From Candidatus Dojkabacteria bacterium (lineage in GTDB: Bacteria; Patescibacteriota; Dojkabacteria; SC72): 64,000 bases of DNA. Location of the stretch: NCBI GenBank assembly GCA_035370505.1, contig DAOOVU010000001.1:17109-81108 (forward strand). The letters are read 5' to 3'. Below are positions 57,798 to 64,000 of the stretch, in pieces (the stretch's first letter is position 1; the number at the start of each line of letters is the position of its first letter). The notes below the pieces were generated by a model. It saw nothing but the letters and a program-made list of their open reading frames with translations. It ran no database searches and was not told the origin of the DNA. The translations under genes and the position numbers were made by a program.

Positions 57798-58823
57798 ATC
57801 TATAAATTGAGCATCTTTAATAATTGCTTTTGGAAGATCCTTCTTGTCTATTATTGTTATGAATGTTTGTTGTTTATCTAATTCTTTTTTATTGAATATT
57901 GATTTTGTATTTTCTTCATCTAGCTCAGACGCAATATCATCTAATAGTAGAATAGGATAGTAATCAAGCCTATTTTTAATGACATCCTGTGTCTTAAAGA
58001 CTAATTTTCCTATGGATATCCTTTTTTCTCCTCTAGATCCAAACTGTCTAATATTTTTTCCGTTAATTAACTGCCAATCATCTCGATGGGGACCGATATT
58101 CGTATATCCAGTAGCAATATCTCTCCTTTTAGAATTCTCAATAGCATCTGCTAACGAGGTATCTCCGTTTGATTTTGTATATTCAATATGAATATCGTCT
58201 GAATACATTTCATCTATGATACGAACCCTTTCTGTTTGTATTATTTCGGACAATCTTAAAAACTCTGCAGTCCAGAAGTTCAGTTGAACATCATTTATAG
58301 CGACTATTCCATAATCATAAAACTTTTTTGCTAATTTTTTTAAATATGCATTCCTTTGTCTTAGAACTTTCCTAAACAATGTAAGCGTTTCTATATATTC
58401 GTAGTCCACTGTAGAAATTATTTCGTCTAGGAACTTTCTTCTAGCAGAGGCTGAGATCATTAAAATTTCTATTTGTTCTGGGTTGAATATTGTAGATGCA
58501 TTTTGGTCAAAAAATTTTCTTGGTGAAACTTTTTGGTCATCTATTTTTAATACTCTTGTTCCAGCATTTTTATACAAAGAATAGACTTTATCATTATTTG
58601 TCATTTCAATTCTTGTGAATTTTTCACTCATATTTTGATCTGTATTTATGAATTCATCACTAATAGCCCATGGAGATTTTCCATTTGTAAGAAGGTATAT
58701 TGCTTCCAGTACTGTGCTTTTGCCTTTCGCATTGTTGCCATGCAGTACTATAAGTTTGCTTTGTATATTCAAATCTAAGTTTTTAAACTTTCTGAAATTT
58801 GTTAGTTTTATATTTGTTATCAT
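57780..58823 (-). CDS. recF: DNA replication/repair protein RecF
   Basis: LTNFR, GNNAKGKST, LRQRNAYL, GPHRDD, GSRGEKR, ILLLDDIASELD. Confidence 0.94.
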   Translation of the reverse strand: MITNIKLTNFRKFKNLDLNIQSKLIVLHGNNAKGKSTVLEAIYLLTNGKSPWAISDEFINTDQNMSEKFTRIEMTNNDKVYSLYKNAGTRVLKIDDQKVSPRKFFDQNASTIFNPEQIEILMISASARRKFLDEIISTVDYEYIETLTLFRKVLRQRNAYLKKLAKKFYDYGIVAINDVQLNFWTAEFLRLSEIIQTERVRIIDEMYSDDIHIEYTKSNGDTSLADAIENSKRRDIATGYTNIGPHRDDWQLINGKNIRQFGSRGEKRISIGKLVFKTQDVIKNRLDYYPILLLDDIASELDEENTKSIFNKKELDKQQTFITIIDKKDLPKAIIKDAQFIDLNNLG

Positions 58824-60631
58824 TATGTCTTTAATATAGCAAGAAAAGCATCTTGAGGTATATTTACTTGTCCTATTTGTTTTAATCTCTTTTTGCCTTT
58901 TTTCTGTTTTTCTAGGAGTTTCTTTTTTCTCGAGTAATCTCCTCCGTATAGTTTAGCAGTAACATCTTTTCTAAAGGCTTTTACATCTTCTCTGGCTATT
59001 ATTTGAGATCCTATTGCTGCTTGAAGTGGCACAGAAAATTGTTGTCTTGGTATTACATCTTTCATTATTTCTAGAAGTTTCAATGCTTTTGTTCTTGCAT
59101 TTTGTCTTACTTCTAAAAAGTCTAATGCTGATATTTCTTCATGATTAACAAGCACAGAAACTTTTACTATGTCAGAAGGAAAATAATCTATGAATTCATA
59201 TTCCATAGAGGCGTATCCGCTGGATATATTCTTAATTTGATCAAAGAAATTTGAAATTAAAGAGGCTAAAGGCATGTCATATTCTAAAATAATATAGCGA
59301 TTTGAGGAATTTTTATCATTAGCATTCAAATATTTAGTATTGACATATTGTCCTCGTTTGTTTTGACATAATTCCATTAGGTCTCCGATATATTTATCTG
59401 GTGTCATTATTTCAACTCGGACCCATGGTTCTCTGATTTCTTTTATTTGTTCTGCATTTGGTAACTCTTGTGGTGTTTGTATAACAATCTCAGTTCCATC
59501 TGTTTTTGTAACTTGATATTCTACTGTTGGTGCGGTAACTATCAGGTTAACACCATATTCTCTTTCTAATCTTTCTTGAACAATTTCCATATGGAGTAGT
59601 CCAAGGAATCCACATCTAAATCCGGATCCTAAGAGGTTTGATCTTTGTGATGTGAAGGATAGTGAAGCGTCGTTTAGAGAGAGTTTAGTTAGTGATATTC
59701 TGAGATTTTCGTAATCTTCTGTATCTATTGGGAAGAATGTTGCAAACATATTTGGTTTTGGAATTTTATATCCAGGGAGTGGCTTTGTAGTTGTTTTGTC
59801 AGAGATTGTGTCGCCAACTGTAAAACAGCTAATATCCTTCATTCCTGTGGCTATATACCCTACTTCTCCAGCACTTAATGAGTTAGTTGGCTGTAAATCT
59901 GGATTAAATACTCCTATTTCAGTAGGTTTAAATTGCAGGTGTTTTTGTATCATATATAGGGGAGTTGTTTTTCCAGCTTCAAAGGTTATTTTCCCATCAA
60001 AAAGTCTAACTGCTATGACTACTCCTCTGTGTTCATCGTAAAATGAATCAAACACCAGTCCACTTAGAGGTTTATTGGAATCTCCTAATGGAGGAGGAGA
60101 TTCTTTAATAATTGCATCTAAGAGTATTTGTACATTTTCTCCTGTTTTTCCAGAGACTTTAATTATTTTGTCTTTTGAAAATCCTAGAAGTGATTCCATT
60201 TCATTTTCTATCTGTGGAATATTAATATCTGGTAGATCTATTTTGTTTATTACTGGAATTAGTTTTAATCCTAAATCAGTGGCTTTTCTTGCATTCGAAA
60301 TTGTTTGTGCTTGTATTCCTTGACTTGCATCTACTAGTAGTATTGCTGATTCACATGCGGCGAGAGATCTTGAGACTTCGTATGAAAAATCTACATGTCC
60401 GGGAGTATCTATAAGGTTGAGTTCATGTCCTTTCCAATTCATTTTACATGCCTGAAGTTTAATAGTTATTCCTTTTTCTTGTTCTAAATCTAGTTTATCC
60501 AGTAGTCTTTCTTTTCCTTTTTCTCTTATTGCTGTCCCATTGGCTATTTCAAGCATTCTGTCTGCAAGTGTTGATTTGCCATGATCTATGTGGGCGATTA
60601 TCGAAAAGTTCCTTATTTTTTCTTGTGTCAT
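58823..60631 (-). CDS. lepA: Elongation factor 4
   Basis: IRNFSIIAHIDHGKSTLADR, IDTPGHVDF, GFRCGFLGLLHMEI, RKDVTAKLYGGD. Confidence 0.98.
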   Translation of the reverse strand: MTQEKIRNFSIIAHIDHGKSTLADRMLEIANGTAIREKGKERLLDKLDLEQEKGITIKLQACKMNWKGHELNLIDTPGHVDFSYEVSRSLAACESAILLVDASQGIQAQTISNARKATDLGLKLIPVINKIDLPDINIPQIENEMESLLGFSKDKIIKVSGKTGENVQILLDAIIKESPPPLGDSNKPLSGLVFDSFYDEHRGVVIAVRLFDGKITFEAGKTTPLYMIQKHLQFKPTEIGVFNPDLQPTNSLSAGEVGYIATGMKDISCFTVGDTISDKTTTKPLPGYKIPKPNMFATFFPIDTEDYENLRISLTKLSLNDASLSFTSQRSNLLGSGFRCGFLGLLHMEIVQERLEREYGVNLIVTAPTVEYQVTKTDGTEIVIQTPQELPNAEQIKEIREPWVRVEIMTPDKYIGDLMELCQNKRGQYVNTKYLNANDKNSSNRYIILEYDMPLASLISNFFDQIKNISSGYASMEYEFIDYFPSDIVKVSVLVNHEEISALDFLEVRQNARTKALKLLEIMKDVIPRQQFSVPLQAAIGSQIIAREDVKAFRKDVTAKLYGGDYSRKKKLLEKQKKGKKRLKQIGQVNIPQDAFLAILKT

Positions 60632-60692
60632 GGGGAGTATTATACATCTAGGACTGATTATTTAGCCATTTTTTATGAGGGCTGATGAATTT

Positions 60693-61253
60693 TTATTCAA
60701 TGCTTATGGTCATTTTGAAAATTTCTGAAAATTGTACATTAGCAGAATTTTCAACAGCTAGAAATATGATTTTTTCTTCATTTGGGTTGAAAGTTAATTT
60801 TTCAGTGTGTGTAATACCAGTGCTATTTTGTAAGATGTATGAATTATTTCCACTTAGAAGAAAGATGTCAGATTTGGTATTTATAGCTGTTTGTCCATCA
60901 AATATGATGGTTTTTTGCTGGTCTGTTTTGTTTTTTATTCTCAATATTGGTTTTGAATATCTACCAGCGGATCTTTTTCCTATTGTAACAGTGTATTCAA
61001 ACATGCCAATGCCTTCAGTTTGAGTTAATTTCTCTGATGAGAATATTTTGTGCTGTCCTCCAATTAAATCTACGGTACAACCAGACTGTGTAGAAGCTCC
61101 TAGTATGTCTGATTTCTTAATTTCTCCAGTCTTTGGGCTTAAATTTATAACAGAGAGAATTGGTAAAACAAAAATAGTTATCAAAGCAACTATGAGTAAG
61201 GGTTCAGCTAACTTTGAAAGTATTGTTTTTGTTTTAAAGCTGTATACTGCCAT
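60693..61253 (-). CDS. Hypothetical single-TM protein
   Basis: TM then ILGAST linker and beta-rich domain; ATG 61253 follows TACTAT by 7 nt. Confidence 0.7.
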   Translation of the reverse strand: MAVYSFKTKTILSKLAEPLLIVALITIFVLPILSVINLSPKTGEIKKSDILGASTQSGCTVDLIGGQHKIFSSEKLTQTEGIGMFEYTVTIGKRSAGRYSKPILRIKNKTDQQKTIIFDGQTAINTKSDIFLLSGNNSYILQNSTGITHTEKLTFNPNEEKIIFLAVENSANVQFSEIFKMTISIE

Positions 61254-61257
61254 TTGA

Positions 61258-61806
61258 CTAATAGTATATATTTTCTCTTGGGTATATCTTATCAGTTTCA
61301 AGTTGATATGTCTTTATCATTCCCCAAATTGATAATATTCCGATTATCATAGCTGTTATTCCAACCCAGCTATATGCATTTCCTTGTACAGAATGTGCAA
61401 TGGCTATTGCAGAACTTGTTGTTAAGAATGCACTCCATATGAATATTTGTAGAAATGTCGTTCCTTTCTTTGTAATCCATTTTAGAATATTGAGTTCAGT
61501 AATTTTGACTATGGTTCTTGGATTTTGAAATGAAGTTTCATACAACAGCGTTTTTATCGTGAAGTAAAATGTTGGGAGTGCCAATGCAACAATCATTATG
61601 ATATCCGATAGGGAATTTACAAGAATGGTAGAAGATGGATCTGTATAGCAGATCTGTACAGAATAGATTCCTTCTATTTGATTATCAATATAGTAATCAA
61701 GATTGTACAGAGCATTTATACCTAAAATTCCTAGAACTTTGGCAGCAATCATTATTATTGCCGGCCATACAGCTATTTTAAGTGCTCTTTTTAGAAGTTT
61801 TGACAT
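61258..61806 (-). CDS. Hypothetical 4-TM membrane protein
   Basis: Four hydrophobic segments; overlaps rpsT end. Confidence 0.75.
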   Translation of the reverse strand: MSKLLKRALKIAVWPAIIMIAAKVLGILGINALYNLDYYIDNQIEGIYSVQICYTDPSSTILVNSLSDIIMIVALALPTFYFTIKTLLYETSFQNPRTIVKITELNILKWITKKGTTFLQIFIWSAFLTTSSAIAIAHSVQGNAYSWVGITAMIIGILSIWGMIKTYQLETDKIYPRENIYY

Positions 61807-62074
61807 TATCTTTGGACAGTTTGTTTAAATCTTTAGTAAGCCTCGATTTTAATCTATCGGCTTTACCTTTTTTGATAACATTTTTCTTTGCGGATTTGTC
61901 TAATATTTTGTATACATTTTTAAGATTTTTCTGTGCCGCAGAAATATCTTCCTTTTTGACCAAAGTTTTCTGTTTTTTTACAGCTCTTTTTAGTCTTTTT
62001 CTAGTTCTGTTGTTTATCTCATTTTTTCTTTTATTTTTTCTTAGATCTTTGATTGATGTTTTTAAGTTAGGCAT
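61778..62074 (-). CDS. rpsT: 30S ribosomal protein S20
   Basis: MPNLKTSIKDLRK, LDKSAKKNVIKKGKADRLKSRL. Confidence 0.92.
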   Translation of the reverse strand: MPNLKTSIKDLRKNKRKNEINNRTRKRLKRAVKKQKTLVKKEDISAAQKNLKNVYKILDKSAKKNVIKKGKADRLKSRLTKDLNKLSKDNVKTSKKST

Positions 62075-62171
62075 CTGATTTTCTGAGTTAATATAATTAG
62101 TTGTTAAGTCAAGCAATTATATACATATTAGAAAAGTTTGTAAACATATTCTTTTATGCTAAACTTTTATT

Positions 62172-62591
62172 ATGTTAAGAAGCAAAAAATTTAAGCTTAT
62201 TATATCCTCTATCTTTGTATTTGTTTTTCTTAGTTTTTCAATAACATATATGCTTTTAGAAGAAAGCAGGAAGGATGTTAAGGGATTGTCTGATAGTAGA
62301 AATACAAGTAGTATTAGCGGTGTACCTTTTATTGTTTCTTTAGCTCCGATTTCGGTAGTTGCAGGAGAAGAGTATATATATATTCCATTACTGTCAGATA
62401 TGGATACTCCGTTAGAAGATCTTGAATTGTCTTTGAAAGAATCACCATATTGGTTGTTTTTGGAGAATGGGCGTGTGAAAGGGAAGGCTCCGATTGATAG
62501 TGGATCTAAAACATACAAGTTTGTGCTTAGAGTGTCTGATGGGTATAATTCGTCCGAGCAGGAAAATTATATTGTTGTTTTAGATAGATGA
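62172..62591 (+). CDS. Membrane-anchored Ig-like (He_PIG/cadherin-like) protein
   Basis: TM; GEEYIY...SDMD...SPYWL...GRVKG.AP...FVLRVSDG. Confidence 0.75.
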   Translation: MLRSKKFKLIISSIFVFVFLSFSITYMLLEESRKDVKGLSDSRNTSSISGVPFIVSLAPISVVAGEEYIYIPLLSDMDTPLEDLELSLKESPYWLFLENGRVKGKAPIDSGSKTYKFVLRVSDGYNSSEQENYIVVLDR

Positions 62592-62992
62592 CCAAAAATA
62601 TCTTTGTGATTACAAGTATTGTTTCGTTTTGTGTTGTTGTGGCATGTTCAATATTGCTCTTGACGAGGAAAGCAGGTGGTTTTAGTTTGTTTTCTTCAGA
62701 TAACAGTTGTACACCGTATAATGTGTTTGTATCGAAAGGTGCTGAAGATTATTCTGTAGTTGTTGAATGGTATACAAAGGGTAAGTGTGTAGGGTTTGTT
62801 AGATATGGGAAGGATATGAATAGCATGGAAAATATTTCTCTAGATTCTTTGGGAGGGAATAGGGGGAATTTTCATAGGGTTGTGATAGACAAGGTGGTAA
62901 CTTCTAAAAAATATTACTATTTGATTATTTCTGGGGGGCAGAGTTATGGAAATAATGGATCTCCCTTGGAGTTTGTACTTGATGAACTTTAA
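62588..62992 (+). CDS. Membrane-anchored FN3-like (purple-acid-phosphatase N-domain-like) protein
   Basis: TM; SVVVEWYT...VRYG...HRVVI...KKYYYLIISGG. Confidence 0.72.
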   Translation: MTKNIFVITSIVSFCVVVACSILLLTRKAGGFSLFSSDNSCTPYNVFVSKGAEDYSVVVEWYTKGKCVGFVRYGKDMNSMENISLDSLGGNRGNFHRVVIDKVVTSKKYYYLIISGGQSYGNNGSPLEFVLDEL

Positions 62993-64000
62993 TCCCTTTT
63001 TGATATTTTCTTTATGGTTTTCTTTTCAAAATACTTCTTTGGTTCAAAAATCCTAAGGGATGTCATTTCTGCATTTTTGTAGATATCTGAATCAGTTAGT
63101 TTTTTGGCTACTACTCTTCCGAATGGTCTGTTTAGAATGAACCATCCAAGTATTAAGATTATGAATCCAATGAAGATGCGAATAATTGATGAATCAAAGA
63201 TACCAGTTTGTGGTTGATTTCCTGAAGGCTCTGATGGTTGTGGGATACTCGCTTCTGGGTTAGAGCAGTCCTGAGCTACTAAAATAATTGATTCTGCTCT
63301 AAGCTGACTTGGATCTACTGGGATTTGTTGTGGTGTTATTATTACCTCATTTTGATTATTTCCCGTAAGTGCATTTGGTCCTGCCTGTGCTGTAAATACT
63401 ATTATGAGGGATTGAGTTGGAGATAGCGTCCAGCCTTGTGTTTTACTCCAGACGAGTTCATGAGTATCTCCTATGGTTGTATCTGTTAGGTAATCAGCAT
63501 CTTTTACTAAAGCACCATTGATTTTCGTTGTATTTTCAGAATATATAAATCCAAGAGGAAGTTTGTTTTTGATTGAATTAATAGTCTGTGCTGAACTACT
63601 ATTATTTACTATAGTTATTGTAATTTCTACTTTATTTGTAGGCTCAACTCTTTCTACGCATGATAGATTGGCGTTATTAGTTACTTGGAAGTCAGATTCT
63701 TGTTCCTCTTGTGGAGTTTGTTGCACTTCAGGTTGTATATATGTGACAACTTTTGATGTTTTACCTATTTCTTGATTTTTGGTTATGTCAGTTATGCTTG
63801 CAGTTATAGTTACATCTCCTTCATATCCATCAAGTTGAGAAAATGTTACACCATCAGCGAAATTTGTTTGATTATATAGATCTTGTCCTAGTATGGATAT
63901 CTCTCCCTTAGAAGAGTTTAATGTAAAGCCTTTTGTCATTGTTATATTCTGATGCTTCTTTGTATCAAATGAGAAAGTTATTTCCAGTTTATCTTCTTCT
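62989..64000 (-). CDS. Surface protein with DUF11-like Ig domain and C-terminal PxTG + TM (5' end beyond window)
   Basis: Frame is open from 63999 through 63939. ITITIVN...IKNKLPLGFIYSENTTKING, QPQTG, TM, basic tail. Confidence 0.78.
   Translation of the reverse strand, partial: EEDKLEITFSFDTKKHQNITMTKGFTLNSSKGEISILGQDLYNQTNFADGVTFSQLDGYEGDVTITASITDITKNQEIGKTSKVVTYIQPEVQQTPQEEQESDFQVTNNANLSCVERVEPTNKVEITITIVNNSSSAQTINSIKNKLPLGFIYSENTTKINGALVKDADYLTDTTIGDTHELVWSKTQGWTLSPTQSLIIVFTAQAGPNALTGNNQNEVIITPQQIPVDPSQLRAESIILVAQDCSNPEASIPQPSEPSGNQPQTGIFDSSIIRIFIGFIILILGWFILNRPFGRVVAKKLTDSDIYKNAEMTSLRIFEPKKYFEKKTIKKISKRD

Noticed and set aside
62137-62164. dif-like site (TTATGCTAAAC resembles a XerD arm)
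   Set aside because: XerC arm and spacing do not fit; better explained as the extended -10 of the 62172 gene.
1468-63775. Numerous 60-170 aa ORFs antisense to or nested in long genes (e.g. 21610-22107, 30680-31189, 32302-32793)
   Set aside because: Shadow frames of well-supported genes, with Ser/Phe/Ile-rich composition and no motifs.
1-64000. Alternative genetic code (UGA recoding, as in Gracilibacteria/Absconditabacteria)
   Set aside because: Long conserved genes translate intact under code 11 and TGA terminates metG and murJ.

Overview
AT-rich, gene-dense core-chromosome segment read with standard code 11 (TGA used as stop). Gene content points to a Patescibacteria/CPR bacterium, possibly Dojkabacteria/WS6 (inference): DUF4012, PrgI/VirB4 cluster, short ValRS, tandem ThyX, very divergent RpoB/C. 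Housekeeping genes: rnj (partial), valS, metG, rpoD, rsmA, dnaG, ftsK, rpoB-rpoC-rpsL-rpsG, rplY, hrcA-grpE-dnaK, murJ, groES-groEL, folD-glyA-thyX-dcd, recF, lepA, rpsT. Also pilus/competence genes (PilN/PilO-like, comF), envelope-glycan genes and Ig-like surface proteins. I saw no rRNA, tRNA, CRISPR array, transposase or integrase. Best leads: (1) a 49.8-57.0 kb block with a low-complexity membrane protein, a protease-less Lon AAA+ module, a PrgI/VirB4 T4SS-like cluster and a ~340-bp hairpin-rich element bounded by 18/19-nt inverted repeats; (2) a cI/LexA-like repressor that appears unable to self-cleave, next to a HExxH metalloprotease and an unannotated divergent 45-aa ORF; (3) two unrelated orphan ORFs sharing a promoter/leader/SD/double-hairpin architecture in an otherwise largely leaderless region; (4) a variant CIRCE operator (TTAGCAGAT arm); (5) a pseudo-epimerase-DUF4012 fusion; (6) rifampicin- and streptomycin-resistance-type substitutions in RpoB and S12. 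All family assignments come from motif recognition by eye, without database searches.
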